Below, piece by piece: positions 38,601 to 46,365 of a stretch of DNA of 64,000 nucleotides. The DNA is from a virus. The notes under the pieces are model-generated. The model saw only the letters and a program-made list of their open reading frames with translations, was not told the origin of the DNA and did no database searches. Each line of letters begins with the position of its first letter. The first letter of the stretch is position 1. The translations under genes and the position numbers were made by a program. The stretch covers positions 4,592 through 68,591 of IMG/VR virus record IMGVR_UViG_3300027969_000086. One strand, given 5' to 3'.

Positions 38601-39169
38601 TGATGATGAAAACATTTGCACTAAGCGACCAAGTTAGCTATCCATGGTTTGCACCAGCTGGTACAAGACGCGGTGGTATTTCTAACGCAACCAGTGTTGG
38701 ATACATTGATGCACTAAGTGGAGAATTCCAAACTGTTGCATTGAACGAAGGTACAAGAGATGTGCTTTATGATCTAAAAGTTAACCCAATTCCATTCTTT
38801 GTTGGAGTAGGTCTAGTTGCTTATGGTCAAAAGACTCGTGCTAGAAATGCCAGCGCATTAGATAGAATCAACGTAGCTCGTCTAGTTGTTTATCTAAGAA
38901 GCCAGCTATCAAAACTAGCTCGCCCATATGTGTTTGAACCAAACGATTCTATCACCCGTGATGAAATCAAAGGCGCAGTAGAGAGCTTGTTATTAGAATT
39001 AGTTGGTCTAAGAGCTCTATATGACTTTGCAGTAGTTTGTGATGAGTCAAACAACACACCAAGTAGAGTTGATCGTAATGAGTTGTATGTTGATATTGCT
39101 ATTGAGCCAGTTAAGGCAGTAGAATTCATCTACATTCCAGTGCGCATCAAGAATACTGGTGAAATTTAA
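35675..39169 (+). CDS. gp18: Contractile tail sheath protein (T4 gp18-like), enlarged
   Basis: MALVSPGV, PWFAPAG.RRG, VNPI, GQKT, SALDRINVARL, FEPND..TR, CDESNNTP..VDRNEL, EFIYIP; CAGGAG RBS. Confidence 0.92.
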   Translation: MALVSPGVQVTIIDESFYTPAEPGTTPLIVVATAQDKSNGAGTGTATATTKANAGKAFRLTSQKDVGDLFGVPFFEKTPSNTPIHGSERNEYGLLAAYSYLGVSASAFIVRADVNLSELEGTATEPGAEPDDGAWWVDTRGTTYGIFEWNGAAGDTTGGQSFTMKEPIVLTDDDATTKITSNAPRGSVGSIGDYAVVFETGTVQKELARIYFKSPGGGYNQSGSLVTAGSWVKVGSGGWAASWPTVTSKTIGTPSWSISDTFTLNGTLITVSGVTLAALVSDINTAMGGSSGVYAKAVNNKLYLYSNGATEGNADSTSSGSIVLTAGTGDVIAATTTLSDVGIKAGEYFPPTLSIAPHTSVPEYKSGDTEPKPTGSVWLKTTEPGEGARWRVKRWNSATQAWVAYDAPIYDTSASALYYLDRSGGGTSIPSDSIYVLANAEEQFSYADGTDEAPDARDTTFKELSFRVWRRATTGATVVESAVITTGTLTGGANTFTIKQSIKGSLALSAASTVSFTAVGTSADAETLAAAINAITMFGADGSQVTNHIEAAVTADGTVTLSHKVGGEIRLTNGTLNPVSALFTAYNVITEAGTANFYTAPTEAPEDYIVTNWRPLADEATNGFAASPDAPLNEPTDGQLWYNNSFAEVDIMVHNGRTWVGYKHSTSPYYNVTASLKTSPGGPIVGATAPAAANGQSDGTALVNGDLWISTADMENFPTIYKWDGLNLEWALVDKTDQITDQGVLFADARWATSGASSTPSTIADLLENNFLDTDAPDPALYPKGMLLWNLRRSGGNVKKYQNSYIDLAADNARTGAATLAGNAFVSGESMSGYWSDRWTTESGNNEDGSGAFGRLAQRKVVVQAMKSVIDTSIEIRDEERRNFNLIAAPGYPETLQNLISLNIDRGQTAFVIGDTPLRLPSDATSLLNWGTNAALVTDNGDDGIVSYDEYCAVYYPNGFTTDLGGANAVVPASHMMMKTFALSDQVSYPWFAPAGTRRGGISNATSVGYIDALSGEFQTVALNEGTRDVLYDLKVNPIPFFVGVGLVAYGQKTRARNASALDRINVARLVVYLRSQLSKLARPYVFEPNDSITRDEIKGAVESLLLELVGLRALYDFAVVCDESNNTPSRVDRNELYVDIAIEPVKAVEFIYIPVRIKNTGEI

Positions 39170-39185
39170 TTAACGGAGCAAAGAA

Positions 39186-39815
39186 ATGCCAATTACATCA
39201 TTAAATAACTTTTCGATCAACCCAGCTGGTCCTGGTACCAATACTGGTATGTTGATGCCAAAACTGAAGTATCGCTTCAGAGTGACATTGCTTGGCTTCG
39301 GTACTCAGGCTAGTACAGAATTAACCAAGCAGGTCATTGACGTAAGCAGACCAAAAATTGCTTTTGAAGAGATTGAAGTTCCTATTTACAACTCAAAGAT
39401 CTATCTAAGCGGTAAACCAACGCATGAAATGTTGACCTTAAACGTCCGTGATGACGCAGCAGGCAATGTTATCAAGCTAGTTGGACAACAGATCCAGAAG
39501 CAATTCGACTTCTTAGAGCAAGCAAGTGCTCGTTCTGGTATTGACTACAAGTTTACAACTCGTGTCGAAGTACTAGACGGTGGTAACGGCGCTCTAGGAC
39601 CACAAGTACTTGAAACATTTGAGTGCTTTGGTTGTTTCCTACAAAACACTGATTACGGTGATTTAAACTATGGAACTAACGAAGTTGCTACTGTTGCATT
39701 AAGCATTAGATATGACAACATCCTACACGAAGCTGGTACAGTTGGTGTTGGTACACTAGTTGGTCGTCAAGCAGCTACTCAGGCAATTACTGGATTAACT
39801 CCGGGCGCAGTTTAA
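39186..39815 (+). CDS. gp19: Tail tube protein (gp19-like)
   Basis: Follows the sheath gene; PKLKYRFRV, V.RP.I.FEE, YGDLNY..., L.IRYDN. Confidence 0.8.
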   Translation: MPITSLNNFSINPAGPGTNTGMLMPKLKYRFRVTLLGFGTQASTELTKQVIDVSRPKIAFEEIEVPIYNSKIYLSGKPTHEMLTLNVRDDAAGNVIKLVGQQIQKQFDFLEQASARSGIDYKFTTRVEVLDGGNGALGPQVLETFECFGCFLQNTDYGDLNYGTNEVATVALSIRYDNILHEAGTVGVGTLVGRQAATQAITGLTPGAV

Positions 39816-39828
39816 TCTTAATTGATTC

Positions 39829-39858
39829 AAAAAACCCGGTTTTATACCGGGTTTTTTT
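39829..39858 (+). terminator. Rho-independent terminator (possibly bidirectional)
   Basis: A-run/CCCGGT stem, short loop, ACCGGG followed by TTTTTTT. Confidence 0.8.
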
Positions 39859-39875
39859 GTGGCATAAATAATTGT

Positions 39876-40976
39876 ATGGCAAATAAATTCACAAGATATC
39901 TACTCGGTGACGGTAACTTTTTTGGCGGCTTAGTCGGCGGTATTACCAAGCCAAAAGGTATCATGGCCGATTGGCAACACGCTTCTCGAACATTTGTTGA
40001 CGATACATTTAGACTTGCCCCAAGACATAAGTTCCTGTACTATGTGGTATTTGAAATTAATTCTTCTGCACACAACGCCTCAGCATTTACAGCTAAACAC
40101 AGTCAAGAAGTTGCCTTACTTTGCAAGACAGCCGAACTGCCAAAATTTAATTTTGAGATGGTTACAAAGAATCAGTACAATAGAAAAAAATTATTGTATA
40201 AGTCAATGAATTACGAACCTGTTAATATTACCATGCACGACGATAATACCGGAATCGTTAGTTCAATGTGGGCAATATATTATGCAGCCTATATACAAGA
40301 TCGTAAGTTGCCGTTGAATGCCTACGAAGATTTACATTACAGAAACGCCGGTACAAGTTTTGACAATTATCGATATGGCCTAGACAACGATAAGAGATAT
40401 GACTTTTTTACAAGTATTAGTATCTACACAATGAGTCGAAGCCGCTTCAACGGATATACTCTAGTAAATCCTAGAATTCAAAGTTGGAATCACGGAAATG
40501 TTGACTACGGCGACGGCGGCACTATGGAAAGTGCGATGTCTATACAGTATGAATCTGTTCAGTATAGTACCGGTAGTGTTTCAAATAACAGTCCTAAAGG
40601 ATTTGCCACTTTACATTACGATGTAACGCCTAGTCCATTAAGTGTACAAGGTGGCGGAACATCTGCACTATTTGGTGGTGGAGGAGTATTAGCAGGTGTA
40701 GAAAGCATATTTGGTGATGTAGCTAATAGCAAAAGTCCGCTATACAACAGTCCTGCTGGTTTCTTAGGTACTGCAATTAAATCTATAAACACTTATAAGA
40801 ATATCAAAGGTCTAAGTAAAGACGGTATTGCACAAGAATTAGGACAGATTATTAGTAGTCCAGCAGCCATTGGTGGAATTGTTAATAAAGTTGGCGGTAT
40901 TGCAGGTAGCATATTTCCTAAAAATATTCCTAGTGGTGATTCAATAATTGCCTCAGCTAAAAAGTTTTTTGGATAA
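39876..40976 (+). CDS. Tail-tube-like baseplate/tube initiator protein (gp54/gp48-like)
   Basis: K.AELPKF......NQYNRK......YEPVNIT.HDD tube-family pattern; ATG 5 nt after CATAAATA. Confidence 0.55.
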   Translation: MANKFTRYLLGDGNFFGGLVGGITKPKGIMADWQHASRTFVDDTFRLAPRHKFLYYVVFEINSSAHNASAFTAKHSQEVALLCKTAELPKFNFEMVTKNQYNRKKLLYKSMNYEPVNITMHDDNTGIVSSMWAIYYAAYIQDRKLPLNAYEDLHYRNAGTSFDNYRYGLDNDKRYDFFTSISIYTMSRSRFNGYTLVNPRIQSWNHGNVDYGDGGTMESAMSIQYESVQYSTGSVSNNSPKGFATLHYDVTPSPLSVQGGGTSALFGGGGVLAGVESIFGDVANSKSPLYNSPAGFLGTAIKSINTYKNIKGLSKDGIAQELGQIISSPAAIGGIVNKVGGIAGSIFPKNIPSGDSIIASAKKFFG

Positions 40977-40979
40977 TAC

Positions 40980-41351
40980 ATGAGAACAAATTTACCTCCT
41001 ATTGAATCTAGTGCGGATAGTGCAGCTAAAACCAAATTGTTCTTTGATGAGTATGGTCAATCTCCTTTAGAATTTTCAGCTAACGATGTAGAAGCAGCCA
41101 TTGGATTTTTTATGAGCAATGGCTTTGATCGTGATGCTGCCGAAATTACTGCGGCAGTGGTATTACGACAGGCCAAGCTAGAAACTATTCCTGTGTTTCA
41201 ATTGATTGATCAATTAAAAGCCCTTGATGGTGTAAAACTCAGCGCCATGGTTGCAGAAATTTTAAACAACAACAGACCTAGTTCAAGTGCCCTAGGATAT
41301 AAAGCAGCCAATTCGGACGATCAGTTTAAGACTCGCAACATTGCGGCCTAA
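40980..41351 (+). CDS. Hypothetical protein (123 aa)
   Basis: Packed between the tube-like gene and gp4. Confidence 0.6.
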   Translation: MRTNLPPIESSADSAAKTKLFFDEYGQSPLEFSANDVEAAIGFFMSNGFDRDAAEITAAVVLRQAKLETIPVFQLIDQLKALDGVKLSAMVAEILNNNRPSSSALGYKAANSDDQFKTRNIAA

Positions 41352-41353
41352 AT

Positions 41354-41791
41354 ATGAAATTTGCCCAAGGTCGGTTTGAAATGAAGAATCCTGAAAAGTA
41401 TGTAGGGAAAAAGATTCCACTGGCTCGTAGTAGTTGGGAATTTGTATTCATGCGTATGCTGGATGAACATCAGGGTGTAGAAAAATGGGCCAGCGAAAGT
41501 ATACAAATTCCCTATCGTGATCCCTTTAGCGGCAAGTATACAATATATGTTCCTGATTTCTTTATTGTGTACAACGATAAAACTGGTGGCAAACATGCTG
41601 AAGTTGTTGAAGTAAAACCAGAAAGTCAAACTATATTAGAGAAAGTGGGAAAGAGTCGATACAATCAAGAGCAGTATGTAAAGAACATGGCCAAGTGGGA
41701 AGCCGCTAGGGCATGGTGCAAACAGCAAGGATTAAAATTTAGGGTGGTCAACGAAGGTGATATTTTCCATCAAGGAGCAAAAAGAAAGTGA
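41354..41791 (+). CDS. gp4: Head completion nuclease (T4 gp4 / TnsA-like)
   Basis: NPEKY.G, RSSWE..FM..LD, WASE...IPY, YVPDF, VEVKP, N.AKW.AA. Confidence 0.88.
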   Translation: MKFAQGRFEMKNPEKYVGKKIPLARSSWEFVFMRMLDEHQGVEKWASESIQIPYRDPFSGKYTIYVPDFFIVYNDKTGGKHAEVVEVKPESQTILEKVGKSRYNQEQYVKNMAKWEAARAWCKQQGLKFRVVNEGDIFHQGAKRK

Positions 41792-42366
41792 TGGAGTATT
41801 CACAGGTTGGCCAAGATATCTTTGCACTCCAAATATGTAATCATAAATCATATGTAGAGATTGGTGCAGCAGATCCTATAAAACAGAATAATACTTTTTT
41901 GTTAGAAAAACAGGGCTGGACGGGTATTAGTTTAGAACTTAATACAGATTTTAAAGCAGATTGGAATAACATTAGAAGTAATTCTTGCTATTATACAGAC
42001 GCAGTTAATTATAAGTATAATTTAAAAGATCGAATGGGATATTTGAGTTGTGACATTAATCCTCCAGAATTAACATTACAGGCACTTAAAAATGTAATTG
42101 ATCAGGGTGTCGTTTTTGACTGTATTACTTTTGAACATGACGATTATTTGCGAGAAGAAAAAGGATTTTTAGAAACATGTAATTCTGCAAAAAAATATTT
42201 AGATAGTAAAGGATACAGAGTTGCAGTAAATAATGTATTTGCTACTAGAAGAAGAAAATCCTGGAAAGGTGAATGTCATTTTGAAACCTGGTATGTGAAT
42301 AAAGATATAGAATTTAAAACTGTAGAATATAGAGACTGGTTGAAAGCACAGATAAGTATGATATGA
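41788..42366 (+). CDS. FkbM-like SAM methyltransferase-family protein
   Basis: YSQ.GQD, YVEIGA.DP...NNT..LE..GW.GIS.E, YLS.D, ITFEHD; visibly AT-rich. Confidence 0.65.
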   Translation: MMEYSQVGQDIFALQICNHKSYVEIGAADPIKQNNTFLLEKQGWTGISLELNTDFKADWNNIRSNSCYYTDAVNYKYNLKDRMGYLSCDINPPELTLQALKNVIDQGVVFDCITFEHDDYLREEKGFLETCNSAKKYLDSKGYRVAVNNVFATRRRKSWKGECHFETWYVNKDIEFKTVEYRDWLKAQISMI

Positions 42367-42854
42367 CTAAAAAATTAGAAGAACTATTTAATCTAGATGA
42401 AAAAGCTCAGCCTGTTCCAGAAGTAGAGCTGGCTGTAGAAACACCAGTAAAAGATCATACACCCGTGCGTAGCATTGACGAAAGCTATGCTGAAGTTGAG
42501 CGCATCACACAGAGTCTACCAGCAATCAACGAATTAAACGATCTAGGTGATGCTGAACTCGATGATCTAGCTAATAAGGCTGAAAAAGCCTATGATGAGC
42601 TAATGGATCTAGGTATGAATGTTGAAGTTCGTTATAGCAGCAGAATTTTTGAAGTAGCTAGCTCAATGCTGGGTCATGCAATCACAGCAAAAACTAATAA
42701 AGTTGAAAAGAAACTCAAAGCAATTGATCTGCAATTAAAGAAGTATAAGATTGACAAAGACAACAACGAAGACCCAAATGATGTTATCAACGGGCAGGGT
42801 TATGTAATCACTGACCGTAATGAGCTCATTAAAAAATTAAGCGGAAAAGCATAA
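42363..42854 (+). CDS. Putative terminase small subunit
   Basis: Helical; Y..LMDLG...R...R.FEVA..ML resembles T4 gp16; lies upstream of terL. Confidence 0.5.
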   Translation: MTKKLEELFNLDEKAQPVPEVELAVETPVKDHTPVRSIDESYAEVERITQSLPAINELNDLGDAELDDLANKAEKAYDELMDLGMNVEVRYSSRIFEVASSMLGHAITAKTNKVEKKLKAIDLQLKKYKIDKDNNEDPNDVINGQGYVITDRNELIKKLSGKA

Positions 42855-42862
42855 ATACTCGT

Positions 42863-43429
42863 ATGAAAACTCTAAAAGAATATCTTACCGAAAGCAAAAA
42901 GGTCTATGACTTTAAGGTCAAAGTAGCCGGTGACTTGCCAGAGACTTTTCAAGAAAATCTAAAAACAGCTTTAGACAGATGCAAATGCATTAAACTTGAA
43001 AAGATCAGCACAACACCAATTCAATCTTTGCCTTTGGACTTTCCTACCATGAAGAACTGCGAAGTTCATATCTTCGAAGTTATTTGCGAATACCCAATTA
43101 CTGGTCCAGAAATTATCAATGATATTAAAAGTCTGGGCCTAGAAGAACACAGCTTCCGTGTTAGAGGCAGCGACGAACCAAGTGAAACTGACCAAGTGTT
43201 TGCAGATCTAGAAGAAGTTAAAAATGTATTACTGACTGATGCACAAGTTGGTGATCCCAAGATCAAAGGCAAAGACTATTTTGGAGATGACTTCAATCGT
43301 AGTTTCTTAAAAGATTTAGAAAAAACAGCAAAGCAACGCAAAAAAGATCAAGACGGGCCGACAGAATATAAACTGCCCAAGGCTAAAACAGACAAGGCCG
43401 GCCTAAAAAGCGCCATGGGGAGTAAATAA
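42863..43429 (+). CDS. Hypothetical, probable head/core protein
   Basis: MKTLKEYLTES N-terminus typical of protease-processed T4-like head proteins. Confidence 0.5.
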   Translation: MKTLKEYLTESKKVYDFKVKVAGDLPETFQENLKTALDRCKCIKLEKISTTPIQSLPLDFPTMKNCEVHIFEVICEYPITGPEIINDIKSLGLEEHSFRVRGSDEPSETDQVFADLEEVKNVLLTDAQVGDPKIKGKDYFGDDFNRSFLKDLEKTAKQRKKDQDGPTEYKLPKAKTDKAGLKSAMGSK

Positions 43430-44268
43430 TGGATTTTAATCAGTTAATGGCAAGAATGCGTGAGTTGGATCAACCAGCACAGGCACAAGTACAAGAATCA
43501 CCGGTTGCAGAATGTGGCGATCCTATTATGGGACAAGCACCAATGGGCATGGGCAATCAAATGCCTCCGCCGCCATCACATCCTAGTATGAGTGTTAATC
43601 TAAATGCTCAAGGTATGGACAACATTGAAAGTTTAATGAAGTTGATGACCAAAGTCAACCCAGACATGATCAATCAACCAATGCCCAAGGCTATTGAAAT
43701 TGAACCAATGGGTATGCCTTCGTTAACACCTCCAGGTCCTAGCATTTCCAGTATTGGCGATCTAGGCAATCTAGATGCAGGTCCGTTGAAAATGTTGCCA
43801 GACTTAGACAAGGATGAGCCACATGATGAGCCTGATGCAGATAACATGGGTGGTCCAAGCGACATGGATGCAGACAACATGCCTCCAATGGGCGACTTAG
43901 ACAGCGATGACGGTGATGATGTAACCAAAGCAATGGGTGACATCGACGGTGACGGTGATCACGATATGGATGATCATGAAGCCGAGAAAGACGGTCCAGA
44001 AGACAAAGAGCCAGAAGACGACGAAGAGAAAAAAGAAGGATTTGGAAACGCTGTTGCCGGTAGTCCAGGCTCTGATTACAAAGATGTTGACTACATGGTG
44101 AACAAACTTGCAGGTGGCATGAATGAGCCTAAGAAGAGTTACAGTGGCAAACCATATCGTGGAGACAATCCAATGGCTGCAGGCGCCTACGAAAGCAGAG
44201 ATGCTCTCCGTGCTAGCATCCGTTTAGAATTACAACAGAGATTAGCAGAAGCTAAAGGAGCAAAATAA
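43429..44268 (+). CDS. Acidic, Met/Pro-rich low-complexity protein (probable head internal/scaffold)
   Basis: TAATG coupling; D/E/M/P-rich; DIDGDGDHDMDD segment. Confidence 0.5.
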   Translation: MDFNQLMARMRELDQPAQAQVQESPVAECGDPIMGQAPMGMGNQMPPPPSHPSMSVNLNAQGMDNIESLMKLMTKVNPDMINQPMPKAIEIEPMGMPSLTPPGPSISSIGDLGNLDAGPLKMLPDLDKDEPHDEPDADNMGGPSDMDADNMPPMGDLDSDDGDDVTKAMGDIDGDGDHDMDDHEAEKDGPEDKEPEDDEEKKEGFGNAVAGSPGSDYKDVDYMVNKLAGGMNEPKKSYSGKPYRGDNPMAAGAYESRDALRASIRLELQQRLAEAKGAK

Positions 44269-44708
44269 TGGCAGATTTATACGGCGTAGCGGCAGCTGGC
44301 ACATCAGTAAATGTTGATGCCAATGCAAGAAAATTATTAGGTGATGGCGCATCAGGTGTTGGTCCATATACAAGTTTTGGTACTCCTACATTGGTAGCAC
44401 TCAAGATTGTATCGGCAACCATTAACTTTACCACTTCACCTGCTTCTGCTAACAGCAATATGTCTAAAGCAGTTACTGGACTGCAAAGTCGTGCAGAAGT
44501 TTATTATGTTGGTGTACCAACAGCCTCAGGTGCCAATCAGTTTGTGGCATTAGTTCATGCAGAAGATAGTGGTAACGGATACGGTGCGTCAACTAGCATG
44601 GACGGAACTTATGAAAACCTCGAAGACGCGATCGGTGCTGCACTAGGTGTTGCAGAAAACGATATCACAATTACCGAAGTAACATTAGGTGGTTTAACAT
44701 TTGCTTGA
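44268..44708 (+). CDS. Hypothetical virion protein (146 aa)
   Basis: AAGGAG RBS; A/G/T/S-rich. Confidence 0.55.
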   Translation: MADLYGVAAAGTSVNVDANARKLLGDGASGVGPYTSFGTPTLVALKIVSATINFTTSPASANSNMSKAVTGLQSRAEVYYVGVPTASGANQFVALVHAEDSGNGYGASTSMDGTYENLEDAIGAALGVAENDITITEVTLGGLTFA

Positions 44709-44725
44709 TATAATAAAGCAAAATC

Positions 44726-44753
44726 AAATAGGCTCTTCGGAGCCTATTTTTTT
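44726..44753 (+). terminator. Rho-independent terminator with cUUCGg tetraloop
   Basis: AAATAGGCTC-TTCG-GAGCCTATTT followed by TTTT. Confidence 0.85.
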
Positions 44754-44767
44754 CAGTAAATAACAAT

Positions 44768-46354
44768 ATGGCAAAATCACTAGACGGTAATTTAATTAAG
44801 AAGGCTCATGCTCCTCAACGATATACTCTTGAGGAAGTCAAACACCTTGAAGCCTGCATGGATCCGGTAACTGGCCCAATTTACTTTGCAAAAAACTTTT
44901 TAAAAATCCAACATCCTGTGCGCGGCTCAATTCCGTTTGTTCCTTACGATTACCAAGAACGCCTAATTGATGCGTACCATAACAACAAACAGTGTATTGC
45001 CATGTTGCCTCGTCAGATGGGTAAGACCACATGTGCATGTGCCTACCTACTATGGTACACAATGTTTGTACCCGAAGCACAGGTATTGATTGCTGCTCAC
45101 AAGTATGAAGGTGCGCAGGATATTATGAATCGTTACCGCTTTGGTTACGAGAATTTGCCAGACTTTATTCGTGCAGGTGTGTACTCATACAATAGAAACA
45201 CTATTGAATACGACAACGGTGCTCGTATACAGGCAGTGACAACTACAGAAAATACAGGCCGCGGTAAATCTCTTTCATTGATCTATTGCGATGAGTTTGC
45301 ATTCGTACAACCTCCAGAGAAAGCCAAAGAGTTCTGGACTGCACTATCACCAACATTATCAACGGGCGGTAAGTGTATTATTACATCAACACCAAACTCA
45401 GACGAAGATCAGTTTGCGTTAATTTGGACAGAAGCGCAAAAGCGTTTTGACGAGTTCGGAATTGAACAGCCCTTGGGTACAAACGGCTTTAACAGTTTCT
45501 TTGCACACTGGAACGAACATCCGGATCGCGACGAAGCATGGGCACAAACAGAACGTGCCAAGATTGGCGAAGAAAGATTTCGTCGTGAGTTTGACTGTGA
45601 ATTTTTGATCTTTGACGAAACATTGATCAATGCTGTGCGACTGGCTGAAATGAAAGGAGTCGAACCCACAATGATTATGGGACAGACTCGATGGTATAAA
45701 GACATAAACCCGCAAGCAACTTATCTAGTGGCACACGATCCCAGTCTTGGTACAGGCGGAGACTATGGAGCTATACAGGTCTTTGAAATGCCCACAATGG
45801 AACAGGTTGCAGAGTGGCGTCACAACCTAACACCTATACAAAATCAAGTAAAGGTAATGCGAGAAATATTAAGATATATTCAAGAGCGTGGCCAAGAAAA
45901 AGGTGGACAACCACAGCTATATTATTCAGTAGAAAATAATACACTGGGAGAAGCCGCACTTATTGTTATTCGTGACATAGGTGAAGAAAACTTTCCAGGG
46001 TTATTCCTAAGCGAGCCTATCCGCAAAGGGCATGTGCGTAAATTCCGCAAAGGATTCAACACCACACACCGTACAAAAATTACAGCTTGCAGTCAACTCA
46101 AGAACATGCTAGAAACACAAAAGATGAAGATCTACAGTAAGCCCTTGGTTTCTGAACTTAAGACCTTTGTAGCAACTGGTGTAGGATTTAATGCTAAAAC
46201 AGGCGAACACGATGATCTTATCAGTGGTGTTTTGTTAATTATACGCATGGCCACTGTGTTAGCAGACTGGGATCCGCAGATCTATGACAAGCTAACAGAA
46301 AGAATCACTGAAGATCAGATGCCCATGCCTATCTTTGTGTCTAGCGGTTTTTGA
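44768..46354 (+). CDS. terL: Terminase large subunit (T4 gp17-like)
   Basis: YDYQ, PRQMGKTT Walker A, IYCDEFAFV Walker B, ITSTPN, F.REF.CEF, DPS.G.GGDY, VENN, HDDL. Confidence 0.93.
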   Translation: MAKSLDGNLIKKAHAPQRYTLEEVKHLEACMDPVTGPIYFAKNFLKIQHPVRGSIPFVPYDYQERLIDAYHNNKQCIAMLPRQMGKTTCACAYLLWYTMFVPEAQVLIAAHKYEGAQDIMNRYRFGYENLPDFIRAGVYSYNRNTIEYDNGARIQAVTTTENTGRGKSLSLIYCDEFAFVQPPEKAKEFWTALSPTLSTGGKCIITSTPNSDEDQFALIWTEAQKRFDEFGIEQPLGTNGFNSFFAHWNEHPDRDEAWAQTERAKIGEERFRREFDCEFLIFDETLINAVRLAEMKGVEPTMIMGQTRWYKDINPQATYLVAHDPSLGTGGDYGAIQVFEMPTMEQVAEWRHNLTPIQNQVKVMREILRYIQERGQEKGGQPQLYYSVENNTLGEAALIVIRDIGEENFPGLFLSEPIRKGHVRKFRKGFNTTHRTKITACSQLKNMLETQKMKIYSKPLVSELKTFVATGVGFNAKTGEHDDLISGVLLIIRMATVLADWDPQIYDKLTERITEDQMPMPIFVSSGF

Positions 46355-46365
46355 TAAATATAACT

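Noticed and set aside
44768-46354. Intein or intron in terL, uvsX or uvsW
   Set aside because: Lengths are normal and motifs contiguous; no intein C/S...HN signatures were seen.
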